Assembly (NCBI GenBank): GCA_963693365.1
Contig: CAVNZM010000009.1
Location: 3,474,231-3,538,230, forward strand
Source: Amoebidium appalachense
Taxonomy: Eukaryota > Protista > Ichthyosporea
Direction of reading: 5' to 3'
Length of the DNA: 64,000 nucleotides
In this document: piece by piece, positions 1-14,514 of the stretch
Position numbering within the stretch: the stretch's first letter is position 1
Layout of the letters: each line of letters begins with the position of its first letter
Program-made: the position numbers and the translations under genes
The notes under the pieces: generated by a model
The model's input: only the letters and a program-made list of their open reading frames with translations
Databases searched by the model: none
Told to the model about the DNA's origin: nothing

Positions 1-138
1 TAAGTCTGGTACCCCGCCGCGCACTTGTCTCCGACCACATAACACAAGTTTCCCCACATCCTCCTCCTTCATATACTTCGCAAGAAACCTAACAGTGCAC
101 ACATGAACACTCAAGCTCATGCCTTACATAAGTACAAC

Positions 139-1233
139 TCAGTGTTTCCCGCCTTTCATAGCCGCCTTGAACCTACTAACCCTCTCGGGTGCACTCTTCT
201 GCTGCTCATCAGGCACCTTACCCACACCCTCTCCCCTCCCGAAATCCCTTTCTACTACCCCACCTGTAAACGCCGCCGGTTTTTCAGGAACACGATACCT
301 CTCCTCCTCTTGTTTCCTCTGTGCCTCTGCTCTCTGTTGCTCTCTCTGCTGCTTGAACTTCGAGAGTGTGGGACCGGTTGTGATAACATCTTTGGCTGAT
401 GTCTCGATTTCCTTGGTCATGTTTCGTTCCTGAACAATGTCGATGTCTTCAACCTCCTCCACTTCCACTTTAACATCCTCCACATCCTCCTCTACCTCGT
501 CCTCTTCTTGTTCCTCCTCCTCCTCCTCATCATCATTTTCTTCGCTTTCACCTGTTTCTTCCTCCACATCTTCCACATCCTCCTCCTCCTCTTGCTCATA
601 TCCCTCCCCCTGTTCTCTTTCCAACCTCTCCAGTTTTTCAAGCGACTCCATGAACGCCTTAAACTGCGCCTTTTCCTCTTCCGTTTCCTTCTTCACCTTA
701 GTTTCACTTCCCTTGTTACTCACTTTACTTGGTTTGGACACCCACGGCTTATACACATTTCTCTCTTGCCAGGCTCTCTCTTCTTCCTCCGTTGCAGGCT
801 CGTTTATTTCAATTATGTCATTTCCTTCTTCATCTTTCGCCCCACCCCATACCTCGTGCTGTGCGTATTCCGCTCTCGTGCCCAAATCATTCAGCAGTTT
901 CTCGACCGCGTTGATGTTACCCTTTACAAACTCCTGTCTTCGTTTTATAATACCAACTGCCTGCTTGGCCGACCTCTCCGCAAAGATGTTATCACCCAGA
1001 AGCACGAGAATCTCGTTCGTGTGAACTATCTGCCCAGGCATAAACGCCAAAGGCCCCAGAGGAACCATGATTTCATGTTTGGTTTTGTCTGGGAGAGTGG
1101 CCAAACGACGTTCGAGCGCTTCGTAATCGCGGAGGTATCCGCGCCATTTCTCGAGCTCCTCCTCTCTGTGTCTGTATGCCTCGGCTAGTTTTTCTTGGTG
1201 TAGGCGTACCCCTTTATCTAGGCTTGAAGCCAT
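139..1233 (-). CDS. URI1: Unconventional prefoldin RPB5 interactor (URI/Bud27)-like protein, intronless
   Basis: 364-aa ORF. N-terminal alpha-type prefoldin domain (IMVPLGPLAFMPGQIVHTNEILVLLGDNIFAERSAKQAVGIIKRR), long acidic stretch, and C-terminal URI-type motifs (AFTGGVVER, RVSRFKA). Confidence 0.88.
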   Translation of the reverse strand: MASSLDKGVRLHQEKLAEAYRHREEELEKWRGYLRDYEALERRLATLPDKTKHEIMVPLGPLAFMPGQIVHTNEILVLLGDNIFAERSAKQAVGIIKRRQEFVKGNINAVEKLLNDLGTRAEYAQHEVWGGAKDEEGNDIIEINEPATEEEERAWQERNVYKPWVSKPSKVSNKGSETKVKKETEEEKAQFKAFMESLEKLERLEREQGEGYEQEEEEDVEDVEEETGESEENDDEEEEEEQEEDEVEEDVEDVKVEVEEVEDIDIVQERNMTKEIETSAKDVITTGPTLSKFKQQREQQRAEAQRKQEEERYRVPEKPAAFTGGVVERDFGRGEGVGKVPDEQQKSAPERVSRFKAAMKGGKH

Positions 1234-1932
1234 GTTGTGTGCTGGTTAAAGTGTATGGTGTGAGTGAAGGGGTGGGTCCGGTGTGGGTTTGGAACCTGAG
1301 TGAGTACGGGCCAGTATTTCTTATGGTGACGATGTGGTGAGTGGTCGCATGCACACTTTCACAGTTGGAAGAGAGTGTTTGGTCGTTCGTAAGTCTCTCT
1401 AACTCTAGCTCATTGCAGTATGGTTACAACTCACCATTAGCTTAAGGTGAAAAAAAAACAAACTTAGAACACTAAGAGATGGTAAATCTATAAATAGAAC
1501 ACTGCGCGCAGGGCGTGAGCCACACAGCTGCACGACCTTCGGTGCGTGCGCCACAGCTTGCGTGATCGCCGCTCGATTGTGATTGGTGTTTAGCTCATTT
1601 TAGAATATATAAACGGTTTAACAAATTTTACAATATATATTCAAGTAGCATTGATTTAATATCATGATACAGCTTTGCGCGGTACGTGTTTGATGCATTA
1701 TTTTCGAGCTATAAAAAAACCACGGAAATGGGGGGTACGACGTGTGTATATAAGCTCGTTACGTAGATTTCTTGTTGATAAGTTCACTTTCGTTTTCACG
1801 GCAAAGTGTCGGGTTTATGTGGCGTTTATAACTAATGTTGTATCCAGCTTCTAAAGTTTTTTTCAATAAGTAACGACAGGAAAAAACAGTGCAAAACAGG
1901 GCATTCTTTTTTCAGGAGAAATTAAAGGAAAA
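1234..1932. promoter_or_regulatory. Probable bidirectional promoter region between divergent URI1-like and YeeE/YedE genes
   Basis: About 700 bp between head-to-head start codons, relatively AT-rich and free of the microsatellites seen in introns. Positional inference only. Confidence 0.4.
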
Positions 1933-2653
1933 ATGGAAGAAAAAACGCAGTTACTGCGTGAGCGCAAGCCCTCACCAAAAGTCACGGACACGGCCATTTC
2001 CCAACCGACCAAGCAACAAGCAAGCAATGATGTGGCTAAGTATGTCACGGTGCTTTTGGCGGGGTTCGTCTTTGGCACGGCATTGAACAAGGGCCGTGTC
2101 TTTGAGCCGGGAAACATTTTTGGTAGGTTCTACTTTGTGAACTTCACGCGCAATCTAAGAGCCACGTGTTGTAGATGGTGTTCCCCGCCTGCCTCTCCTT
2201 CCCCCCCTCTCCCGGGGGGACCCTCCCCCCCTTCCCCCCCCCCCCCCCTTTCCCCCCTTCCCCGCAGTCCCTCCCCCCCCCCTCTCCCACCGCACTCTCT
2301 AAGACTCTAGAAAGATCACACACAAGCTAGGAGCCAGGTGTTGTAGATCGTGTTCCCCCCCTGCCTCTCCTTCCCCCCTCTCCCGGGGGGACCCTCCCGC
2401 CTCCTCCACCCCCCCCCCCCCCCCCCGTTTCCCCCCTTCCCCGCAGTCCCCCCCCCCCCCCCCCCCCCTCCTTCTATCCCACCGCACTCTCCAAGACTAT
2501 AGAAAGTAAGCTTTTCAGTCTAAACAATACATAACATGTGGACACTTTGGAAATGCTTCATTTGCGTCTTTGCAGCCCCGTCCCTCCCTCCCCCCTTCCC
2601 CCCGCCCAACCACCACCACCCCCAACCCCCCTCCCATCCCCCAACCTTCCCCC

Positions 2654-2690
<37 letters not shown>

Positions 2691-3761
2691 AACACAGTGT
2701 CACACAGCAGAAAATTCTTGGAGATGCTGCACAGAAGCGTGCTTACACATGTGTTCTTTGCAGAGCAAATGCTGTTCTTCAAGTGGATCATGTTCAAAAT
2801 GTTTTTCTGTGCGGTGGCCGCCTCCCAGCTCGCTCTTGCCCTGTTGAGTGTGCTTCCATCTACCAGAAATTCCTTCGAAGCAGCCGTCAATGAGTACGCA
2901 AGTTGCTGCACACGGGGTCTTCCATCCGCCGGCATTGGTGCATTCATTTTAGGAGTCGGTATGAGCGTCGCGGGTTCATGTCCAGGAAATGTTTTCGTTC
3001 AAGTCGGTGCTGGAATCCAGAATTCTGGGTTTACCCTATTGGGTGGGTTTGTAGGTGGTGCAGTTTACTCTTTGGTGGAGCCCCAGATTGCAAGCAAGGT
3101 TCTGTGCATGCAGCCCATCGTCACGGAGACATTCATGCATCGTCGCCTGAACATGAGTTTCTGGAAACTTGCTGTGCCAGTCGCCTTTGTTCTGATTTCC
3201 GTCGTGGCAATAATCGAACATTTCGTCCCATGGAATACGGAAGTTGGGGTGAAAGATGCGTCTCCATTCCTTTTGTATCGCTACACGGACTTCGCTTGGG
3301 CCCCTGCACTTGCTGGATGTTTGATCGGTTCGATGCAAATTCCCCTCGTTTTGGCCATCAGAGACACGGCTGGTGGGAGCTCTGCCTTCATGACTGTACT
3401 CTCGACCATCACACCTGCAATGATTCGTGAAAAGAGCGCGTATTTGGCAAAGTATAGGCATGGGCTTGGTAACTGGTGGCAGGTTGTGTATCTTAGCGGG
3501 GGTATGCTTGGCTCATTGAGTGCCGCGTACGCATCCGGGTCGATTGGATACACTGTCAACCCGATGGTGATGACGCCAATGAGGATGTTTTGGGGCGGGT
3601 TTTTGATGTTGTTTGGTGCGAGAATGGCGGCGGGCTGTACTAGTGGGCATGGGATTTCGGGCCTTGGCTTGTTGAACGTGAACTCGATGGTGGCGGTGTG
3701 TGCGATGTTTGGGGGTGGTATTGCCACTGCTGTGGTGATGTACTTTGCTGGGTGGGCTTGA
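1933..3761 (+). CDS. YeeE/YedE family (thiosulfate/sulfur transport) membrane protein, 2 exons
   Basis: Exon 1 1933-2122, GT..AG intron 2123-2763, exon 2 2764-3761; junction G|AG gives Glu in frame. Multi-TM, Gly-rich protein with family motifs GMSVAGSCPG and FGARMAAGCTSGHGISG. Confidence 0.85.
2159..2506 (+). repeat. Two-copy ~160-175 bp tandem duplication within YeeE intron
   Basis: Units 2159-2314 and 2331-2506 share gagcca.gtgttgtagat.gtgttcccc...cccaccgcactctc.aagact.tagaaag and differ mainly in C-run lengths. Confidence 0.8.
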
Positions 3762-3805
3762 ATTTATTTTATTTTCTTGCCTTTTTTTATTTTTTTATTT
3801 TTTGT

Positions 3806-3855
<50 letters not shown>

Positions 3856-4837
3856 TGGTTTTTTAAATATGACATACCTAAATACATTTCCTAGGAGGAT
3901 TTTCTCTTTTTTTTTTTTTATCTCCTCGGGATTTTTATGTACAGTACTTTATTTAATGTTAGTGTTAGTGTTAGCATACTATATTAATTCTTTTACGGCC
4001 TGGGCTATACCATTATGGACGGACCTCTTTTTGTTTACAGATCAGAAAAAAGTCTGCCATTTTTATTCCCAGATCCCTTGACTTGCATGGTTAGTGGATT
4101 AAGATGCGAATGACATTAAAATAAACACAACCATGGTTTGTATCTAGTGAATAAATCCAAGTTGGATTTACCAAAAGCGAAGCCCTTGCACATCATCATG
4201 TGTTTAGCCAAAACACTTTGTGATGTGTGTGTGTACGTGCGTGTGTGCATGCCATAAAGTTTCTCTTCCGATTTTCCATTTATCCTCCCTCACTGGTATA
4301 GGACGTGTGGTGTGTGAATGTGTGTCGAAACCCGTTTTCAAACTGTAAGAAGCTGCCAGGCCGGTGCTTTTGTTCTGTGCGTGAAGTCCTCGGGATTCCA
4401 AAAATGTCTGCGGGTTGAGCTCGAGCTAACCAGATCATCTCTTTGAAATTTTGATTTCAAAGGTATCTCAAGTTTGGAGGTCTAAGGTGAATTATAAAGT
4501 TATGATAGCTTGTAGAGTGTTCGCAACAAGCAAGTTTGAGGTCTCTGCCTGCATTTATTTAGATTAAGGATTTGCAAAGCCTTTATTTCGTCAACGATTG
4601 TGTAATCCTAAAAGAGGGAGCATACCATATAGGGGCATGCACAAAGCCAATCAGATGATTCTGTTAAATGCTAATGTGGGAAATCATCGGTGGCATTGAT
4701 TATAATTGCCAAGTGGTGTGTGCAACCACGCATTCGATTCTTAGAAAATCGCTGGGCCAGTCAGCAGGATGATTTGTCTCCTTAGCAACTGAGTTTTTGT
4801 GAATGCAGTGGATGACAGTTACAAACAAGCGGTGTGT

Positions 4838-4868
<31 letters not shown>

Positions 4869-5014
4869 GGGGAGGGGGGGGAGGGTCCGGATGGGGAAGG
4901 AGGGCACAAAAGACAACATATGTGATTGGGACCCTTACATACTGGCCCAACCTCGTTTTTCGAACTCGGGGGTGGGCAAAAACTAAAAAACTTTTGAAGA
5001 GGGGGAGGGGGGAA

Positions 5015-5046
<32 letters not shown>

Positions 5047-6111
5047 AGGGACAGCCCGGATTGTTCTATCTCAAGGTAGTATCAACATAGGGTTGTTCTA
5101 TCTGAAGCGGTGCTGCGTAGCATTAATAGGAGACCTTAATCACCTGAAGCAGTTACTGAGACTATATGCCGTACGGTCATGCTCCTCTCCTCTCCCCACC
5201 CATCTGTCCGGGACCTGTCCCCCCCCCACCTCCCCCCACCTCCCCCCCCCCCTCCCTCCCCTCGCCCCCGCCCCCCTTGCCCCCTCCCCCCCCTCCTCTC
5301 TCCCCCTCCTCCTCTCGCACTCGTATCCAGTCGCCCGACCGCGCGCGCACACACGTACACACTTTCACACGTACCTGCACCAACATGTACCACAGACGCA
5401 CACGAGGTGCACAAACTTTGACCAGAGATGAGCACCCGACACTGTTTGTTATGCATGAACATGCAGATACACAAACCCACGGTCACCACACACACATACG
5501 TATACATTCCCGACTACAGATACACACATGTACACGAACACTGCGTGCTGGGCACGACTTTCAAATTGCTCCCACCATGAGAAATAGGTTGGTTTCTGTA
5601 TGTCTGTGTGTGTGTGTGTATACATGCGTGCGTGCCTACGTTGTGTGTGTGCGTGAGCGCGCGTGCATGCACGTGAGACGGTGTGTTAAGATACTGTGTG
5701 TTTGGTGCACGCGCGCATGTATGTGTATTGGTGGGGAGTGGGGTGGGGGGGGGGGGGGGGGGGGAGGGGGGGGGATATGCATTTGATTCAGTGGTTATAA
5801 AACGGAAGAACTGCTCCAAAAGAAGGGAAAAAAAAAAAAAAAAAAAAAAAGGAACGAATGCAACCTTAGGTGAGTGGAAAAGAGACTAGCCATGACCACG
5901 GGCATGCATGCGCGGGGGGGGGGGGGGGGGGGGGGTCACTGGCCTAGTGTATGTGTTCAGGTGGGTCCCTCCGCCCTTTGAGGGGGGCGGGGGGAAAGGG
6001 GGGGGATACCCACCCGGTTGCGGCTACCTTGGATCGACTCGGAGAGGGTGGCCCGTGGCCGGAGAGGGGGGTACCACCGGTACCAGGCCTGGCACGTCGA
6101 TATTTACTACT

Positions 6112-6145
<34 letters not shown>

Positions 6146-6619
6146 ATTTCAATTGAAGATGATCCCCGGTGTGTGCGTGTACACATGTGCAGTGCCACGT
6201 GTATGTATGTGCGGCATGTGCACGTGCGTGTGTGCGGGCGCACGTGTCTTTGTATCAAACACTTGACTTTGTACGTGTGTGTGTGTGTGTGTGTGTGTGT
6301 GATGATGATCGTGTGTGTGCACACATACAAGTACATACACTCACACACTCTTTTTGTGTGCGTGTGTGTGTGCGTGCTCACGTGTGTCCGTGTGTGTGCA
6401 TGTTCGTGACCATGAGAGAATGGGCCGAATTCGACACAGCCACATGTTCATCACACAATTTATATCCCATATTTTAATTCAGCGATGCATATTCCACGGT
6501 TATGGTGTGCGCCAACCTGAAACATGTGCATTACGGTGTATTCCGCCATCTCAATATACTGGGCCAGATCTAGAGTGTACATGTGTACTTTGCAGCCCAA
6601 ATATCATGCACGTGCTTCT

Positions 6620-6670
<51 letters not shown>

Positions 6671-6830
6671 CGGGTGTATATTGCTGAATTTGCAGTAATC
6701 GGTGTTGCTAGCTCTAATCTACTGATGGGTATAGATACCAAAAGGCCGGTAGTTTGCCGAACATCCAATCATATCATCACAATCGGTACACTGCTCAACG
6801 TATCACCTTTAAACAAAGCAACCCCCTTCC

Positions 6831-6866
<36 letters not shown>

Positions 6867-7328
6867 CCTCTCTTCGCCACGCAAGCATGCATGCACGTAC
6901 CCACCCACCCAGTCCCTCTCACCCTCAGTTGAACAATGCCAGCATGCGATATTCTTAAACGATTCTTCACACTCCTTACATAATGTGTACATAACCTGAT
7001 TCTCGAAGGTTTTACCCGCTTGCATACACTTTTGACAACTTTCATCATTATCGTAGCCACAACTCACACAGAAAAGTATACCAATGTATAACACCCACGG
7101 CAAACAATCTTCGAGAGTTTAGACGGTTACTAACAAAAGTTAAAGAAACCAAAAGAGAAACCCATCGTGTCAGAACCATTTCACAACGAAACCTCAACTT
7201 GTTTTGTTGGGATAGTCAATATATGTTGCGTAAATTTCACCAGTTCTACGGTGGTGTAAGGAATGATTTCGTGGCAAGAGATATATTTTGATGGCGAGAT
7301 AAGAATTTTCATTGTGTGAGATATATTT

Positions 7329-7463
7329 TCAAGGGGACGGAGGAGGGAAGGAAGCCACGAGTGTATGGTAGAGATCCTTTGGCATCGTTTTCATCTTCAC
7401 CTCTTGTGCCTAGAAAAAGATGACCGGCAATCAGTTATACTGATAAATATGATATTGATAAGG

Positions 7464-7562
<99 letters not shown>

Positions 7563-8390
7563 TGTGTGTGCGCGTGTGTGTGCGCGCGCGTGTGTGAAGA
7601 TAATTAGCGTATTCAATTCAGCTAGGCATAAAATTAAAAATGTCTGCATTTCTATTTCAAGTGGATCACTTTGGAGCTGGCACTGGGTACACAGTAATTA
7701 TACATTTTTAATTATAAGTCCATCGGGATAAATATTTTTCTACTTTGTAAAGCACGGGATCTATTTGTGATAGATTGGAAACACGGATGAAATAGGGCGT
7801 GTGTTGGTGGGTGGTGGGACGGGCCCGGGGAAGGGGGTGGCCGGGTGGGTGGGTGGGGGGGGGGGGGGGGGGGGGAGGGGGGGAGGTTTAGAATGCGGAA
7901 CATGATGCAAATTACAACTACAAGATGAGACACACGGTGCAGAACGCATGCCAAAGCAAGCATTCAACCATGCAACATCAGCATACTTTAGCATGCAGCA
8001 TGCAGCATATGCAGAGGATGGGAGGCTGGAAGTGTGTGCAAGTGTGTGTGTTAGGGTTTTTGGGTGTGTGTGTGGGGGGGGTCGGTATGTCTACCTGCAG
8101 GAACTCGACAATCTTTTCGTGTGTGCAGTCAACCACACTCACCCCGTTGATCTCCGTGATCCGGTGCCCAGCCTGCAATTAGGCATGTGAGTGACAGTGC
8201 AATCGAGCATGAAATGGCAGCATGTACTCTAGTAGATGCAACTTATTGTTGTTGAAATCGGTTACCGTAGCATCTAACCCAAATTGAAACACGCACACAC
8301 ACACAAATACACACAAATACACACACACACACACATGCCCGCGCGCACGCTCCCCCCCTCCCCCCCCCCCCCCCCAAGAAAACCCCCTCG

Positions 8391-8452
<62 letters not shown>

Positions 8453-8744
8453 GTGCACACCCACACCCACGCCCGCAAACAGTGTGAGGCGTGCTTCATA
8501 GCTGCAAGCCGAGGAGGGAGGGGGGAGGGGTCCGGGGGGGGGGGGGGGGGGGGGATGCATATGATAAGTGCAGCACAAGGACAAAATATGCATGGCCGAA
8601 AATGCTAGGTGCTAATTGAACGAAGAAAAACACGGGCAGAATGCAACACACGCCGAGCCCATCCTCCCGGGTAAGAGGGTGGTGGTGTGGGGCTGGGGGA
8701 GGGGGGGGGGGGGAGGGGGAGGAAGAGAGGAAGAGAGGAGGAGA

Positions 8745-8843
<99 letters not shown>

Positions 8844-8870
8844 GAAAGGGGCGATTATTGGGGGTGGGAA

Positions 8871-8910
<40 letters not shown>

Positions 8911-9897
8911 GGGGGGGGGGGGGGGGGGGGGGGAAAGGATCATACTCTCAGGCCAGCCACATGTGCCGGGCCATCACGGTCTACACTGACAATCTCCCCG
9001 TGAAGAACATCAAAGCCCTGTGAAAGGGGGGAGAGACGAGGGGGGATAAAGGGTGTGGTAGGGTGGGTGGGTGGGTGGGTGGGTGGTGGTGTGTGTGTGT
9101 GTGTGTATGTGTGTGTTGGGGGGGGTTGAAGGGGGGTTAGACTGTGGTGGGAAAGCACGAAAAGGGATTTTCTCATCTGAATGGGCCTGTATTGCGAAAG
9201 AAGTAGACACACCATGTACAACCTAGTTGAGTTCCATCCTCATAGAATCAGCTAATGCGCTCGTGTTTGCTCGTGTTTCTCCTGATGCCAGCGTGAGCAG
9301 AAACTACGACCCCACTCCCACCCCCAACCCCACCTCTACCCCCTCCCCCCTTTCCTTGTCCCCTCCCCCCCCCCCTCTCCCCCCTCCCCCCTCCTCCCTA
9401 ACCCAGATATTTTCTGGGGGGGGGGGGGGGGGGGAGGGGGGGGGCGGGGGGGGGGGAAAGCGGGGAGGGGGGGGGGGGGGGGAGGGGGAGGGGGGCGGGG
9501 AGAAGGGGGAGGGGAGGGAGGGTTTTAAGGGGAGGAGAGGAGGTATATGACGGATATCCAACACATCTGCACACACACACATACACAAGCAGACAAAAGC
9601 ACACGGACACACACACAAGACGCCACATTGTCTCGGGATCGTCTCCCACGAACCCCTCCTACTTCTAACCCCACGTAAATTCTTCTCTCCTTCGCCGAAT
9701 ACGTATGCTGGAGTGAGTGAGTGAGTGAGTGAGTGAGTGAGTGTGTGTGTGTGTGTGTGTCTGTGCTGCCCGCTCTTGAACTTGCGTGAATGTCTATGCA
9801 GCATACGTGTGCCCGGATTGTAGTGTGTGCCTGCATGACGGTCATTATTTATAGTCGTGTGTTTGCGTACGGACTTGTGTGCGCACGCAAGTAGTGT

Positions 9898-9929
<32 letters not shown>

Positions 9930-10585
9930 CCCCCCCCCCCCCCCCTTTCCCCTCCCCCCCCCTCTCTCTTATTTTCTTTTGGTGTTGTATGTGTGTTCGT
10001 GGGAGGGGGAGGGGGGAGGGGGTCTACCAGTTTGCCGTTTGGCGAAGACGATCGACTAATAGTAACCACCACAACAGGTTCAACCGGCACAACAATAAGC
10101 TCAATCTTGGTGGTTTGGCTGAGAGGGGTGAGGAGGAGGAGGAGGAGGAGGAGGAGGAGGAGGAGGAAGAGGAAAAGGAGGGTGGGGGGGGGGGGGGGGG
10201 GGGGGGGGGGAAGGGGGGGGGGAAAGGTAAGAATGTGTGAAAGGAAGGAAATAAACTAAACGTTCACGAATGGGAACACAACGCAGCTACTGACAGGAAA
10301 GAAAACATCCGGACAGTGTGGGCATCATAGGTAGAACCCATAACCGGGAGGGATGGGGGAGGGAGGAGAGGGAGAAAGGGGGGGGGGGGGGGGGGGGATG
10401 TATGCTTTATTGTTGGGAGCATGGAGAAGACACCCAATGAAAAAAAAAAACACAAAATGCAACAAGAATACAAAACTGAAATCGTGCAGGCAGAAGACAC
10501 TCGAACAGAGCCTGTCATCAGGAAGTTGCCATGCCTCCACAAAAAGTATCTTTCTTTTTTGTTGTTGTTGTTGATCGGGGGGAAA

Positions 10586-10620
<35 letters not shown>

Positions 10621-11498
10621 CTTATGATGATCCCTCCCATACCTTGCGGCTTTGAACAGGTCGAGGATCTTGGGGAAGGGAAGGCCCACAACAGACTAGG
10701 GGATAGACGTGTGAGCACTAGGCCTAGGACCCCACAAAACATACACACAGCTCTAAAACGCAACACCTCCCTCCTGCTCCATTCCACCTTTTCCGGCACC
10801 ATCTTCCTATAATGCTGGCCTTTAATGAAACACCCGGCCTTATAACCCCCCCCCCCCCCCCCCCCCCCCCCCTCCCCTTCTCACCTCCCCCTCACCCCCC
10901 GCCCCCGGGCCCCCCCCCCCCTCCCCCCAAAACCCTCACCCGCCCAATGATAAACATATCAATGTGCACCCCCCCCCCTCCCCCCCCCCCCCAACACACA
11001 CACCTGCTTAGGTATACCCTCTGTCACTGCATCCCCCCTCCCCCCCCCTCCTCCTCCTCCCTCCACTCACCCCACATATCCCCCCCCCCCCCCCCCCCCC
11101 CTTTCCCTCCCCCCGCCCCGTCCCATTGGCAATAGTCTATCCAAGTGCATCTTCTTCTATCTTCTAACTCCTGTTAATTGCAAAGTTGTCAGGCTCATCT
11201 CCTCCCCCCACCCCCCAAAAAACGAGGAGAAAACCTCTACCTCTTTTCTGCACCTTCCCACTTTCCCCTGGTGCTACTTCCAAAACAAGACCCCCCCCCC
11301 CCCCCCCCCCCCCGGAAAAAAAAACAAACAAAAAAAAAAAAAATTAGAATGTTGACAGTAGAGAGAGGCGTGTAATCGACATTTCAACATGAGCAGGCCC
11401 AAGGGTAGATACAAATCTCCCCGACACTGCCTCCGCCCCCGCCACGCTCACGCTCACAAGCACAAGCACAAGCACAAGCACACACACACACACACCCA

Positions 11499-11539
<41 letters not shown>

Positions 11540-11706
11540 AAAAAGAAAAAAGGCCACCAAAAAGCTCCTCACAACTACACATGCACATGCAGATCAGACG
11601 GACAAAACATTCATCACCGTGCATTTCCGATAACTACCCAATTATGAAGCACTAACCACAGTGTGTCGATCCACAGCAAAATTATCCCCCTCCCCCCACC
11701 TTGCCG

Positions 11707-11739
<33 letters not shown>

Positions 11740-12240
11740 ACCTCTCTCTTGGGACTCTCCCTCGCTCCCCCCTCCCCTTCTCTCTCTTTTTCTCTCTCGC
11801 ACTCACTTCCCCTTTTCCCCAACTCCGCCCCCCCCCCCCCCCCCCCCCCCTCCCCCCCCCCCCCCTTCCCCAGGGAACACACCAAATGCACACACTGGAC
11901 GGAAGAAAACAAACAAGCCAAAAAAAAAAAAAAAAAAAAAACAATCAATAGAATGGGACCACTCACTGTGCCGTTGACGCTGAGAATTGTGTCTCCGACC
12001 ATCAGCTCACCGGACCGGCTGGCAGCCCCCCCGGGGAAGATGTGCGAGATGAAGATGCAGGGAAGAAGCGCCTGCCGGCTGGTCTGCATGCAAGTGATAA
12101 TGTTGGTGTGTGTGTATGTATACAACTAGGAGGTTTTACTTCGTACTACTAATCCGTCGTCGGACAGTACGAATACAGATTTCAACGATTAACATCGTGC
12201 GAACGTGCCAACATGGCTACAGACGGTACGCAACTTGGAA

Positions 12241-12284
<44 letters not shown>

Positions 12285-13430
12285 GGGGGGAGAAGGGGGG
12301 GGGGGATGTGTTACAGAATACAAATTAAATTCACGGAATACAACAAAGCAGATCTTGCAAAGCACACACAGAGTACTCATGAGCAGCAGAGCCATTCATC
12401 CACAGCACCCGAGTTTCAACCCATTCGCTCTACATCAGCGGCAGGGGGGGGGGGGGGGGGGGGGGGGGATTGTACCTCTGTGATCATGAATCCAAGAGAT
12501 TCATCGGAGGTTTTGCGCAAAACCACGTGCTTGTGGCGGTCAAAGCGGGTAAACAGGCTGATGTCCTGTTCGGCTACACGCTGCTCGAGCTTGGCTCGCT
12601 CGTACGTGTCTGTGTGGAGTGTGTTGGAGAAGGGAGGAAAGGGCGGGGAGGGGGGGGGGGGAAGGGGGAAGGGGGGGGGAGGGGGGGTATTGTGTGTGTG
12701 TGTTGTGTGTGGGAGTTTGTGTGAGTGAGTGTGAGGGACGGGGGTTAGGGCCGGGGGGGGGGGGGGGGGGGATTAGCATGCGCTAATGGGGATGTTTGTG
12801 TTGTGTGTGAAGACGGAGGGGAGGGGGTAAACATTGTCTTAGTGTGCGTGTGCGTTTGTGTCTTGTGTGTGTTTTTGTCTCTGCATATTCGTGTGAGTGG
12901 TTGGGTGGGCGGTTATTACGTGTGTGTTGTGTGCGGCTTGTATGTATATGTGTGTTTGGATGTCTGTGTGTGGGTGTTTGAGAGTGTGAGTGTGAATGTA
13001 TCTGGCTGGGTGGAAATTACGTGTGCGCTTGTGTGTGTGTGCATGCAGATGTGCGTGCGTGTGTGCATTTGTGTGTGTGTGTGTGTGTGTGTGTTAGTGT
13101 GACATATTAGTAAAAAGAAGGAGGAGGGAGGGAGGGAGGGGGGGGGGGAGGGGGAGACAAGCCTCGTTAGATTGTGGGGATATGTTGCCAGTGAACACAG
13201 ATAAAACAGTCAGTGGAAGAGGGGGGGGAGGGGGGGGGGCATGAGAGCGGTGGTGGTGTTGAGGTAAATAATGGATAGAGGGGAAAAAAGGGGGGGGGGG
13301 GGGGGGGGGGGTGAAGGGGCGCGTTCTTTAGGACGCAGTACAAGCTCATGGCGGACACTGCAGTGTGTCCCACGCCACAGCGAACACACGAGAGTAGGGT
13401 GCATTACGGCTGGAGAGTGTGAGAGGTTGG

Positions 13431-13483
<53 letters not shown>

Positions 13484-13665
13484 GAACGGGGGGAAAGGGG
13501 GGGGGGGGGGGGGGGGGGGTTGAATGTGTCATAAAGTACGAAATACACAAGAACAAACGGATAACACGATGCAGAATTCAAGCCATACATAAAGAGTATG
13601 CATAATAAGCAGAGCCCATCCTCAGGGGGGGCCCACGTCATCCACAGTACCCGAGTTTCGACGGG

Positions 13666-13698
<33 letters not shown>

Positions 13699-14011
13699 AA
13701 AAACACACCTCTGCGCTGGAGTGTGAGTGCCTGCTCTCCCTCCTGGGGCACAGCGTCGGTATCGACACCTTGCTCTTCCTATGGGGCCATGCCGTGTCAG
13801 TTACGTCTTTTATCAAACTTACGTTTTTTTTTTTTGCCAAAGACGTATCACGGGGCATGTGTGTGTGTGTGCGTCTTTGTGCGTGTGTTTTTGGGTGGGG
13901 TGGGGTGGGTGGGTGGGTGGGTTTTTTTTTTTTTTGTGGGGGGGGGGGGGGGGGGGGGGTTGAATGCATCATTAAGTACGAAGTACACATAAACAACGGA
14001 TAACACGATGC

Positions 14012-14095
<84 letters not shown>

Positions 14096-14192
14096 TGTAT
14101 GAAGCACACAATCACGACGGACATGCCAAAGCAGATTTTGCAAGGACATACAAAGAATATGACTCATAAACAGGGTCAGGTGGGGTGGGATG

Positions 14193-14231
<39 letters not shown>

Positions 14232-14473
14232 GGGCGGGCGGGGGGGGGGGGGGGGGGGGGGGGGGGGCATATGCATTAGAGGAAAAACCCAGTATGATTC
14301 TGGAAGCAGAAACATCAAAAGACAATAATCAAAAACTTGCAAAAGAACCAGGAAAAAAAAAAAAAAAGAGAGAAACAAAAAAAACACAAGAGACACTTAA
14401 ACCGGGGTAGGAGGGGGGAGGGAGGGGGCACTTGAAATGTGTGCATGGGTATGTGTTTTGGGTGTGTGTGTGT

Positions 14474-14514
<41 letters not shown>

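Noticed and set aside
437-1188. Ser-rich and Leu/Phe-rich + strand ORFs (also 14439-15467)
   Set aside because: Antisense shadows of Glu/Lys-rich coding sequence.
2538-2763. Poly-Pro N-terminus of the 407-aa ORF
   Set aside because: It lies within the intron; the real N-terminus is exon 1933-2122.
13345-13362. Possible micro-exon in the Mint-like gene after ctgcag
   Set aside because: Its phase is incompatible; exons 13709-13778 and 12476-12609 join in frame without it.
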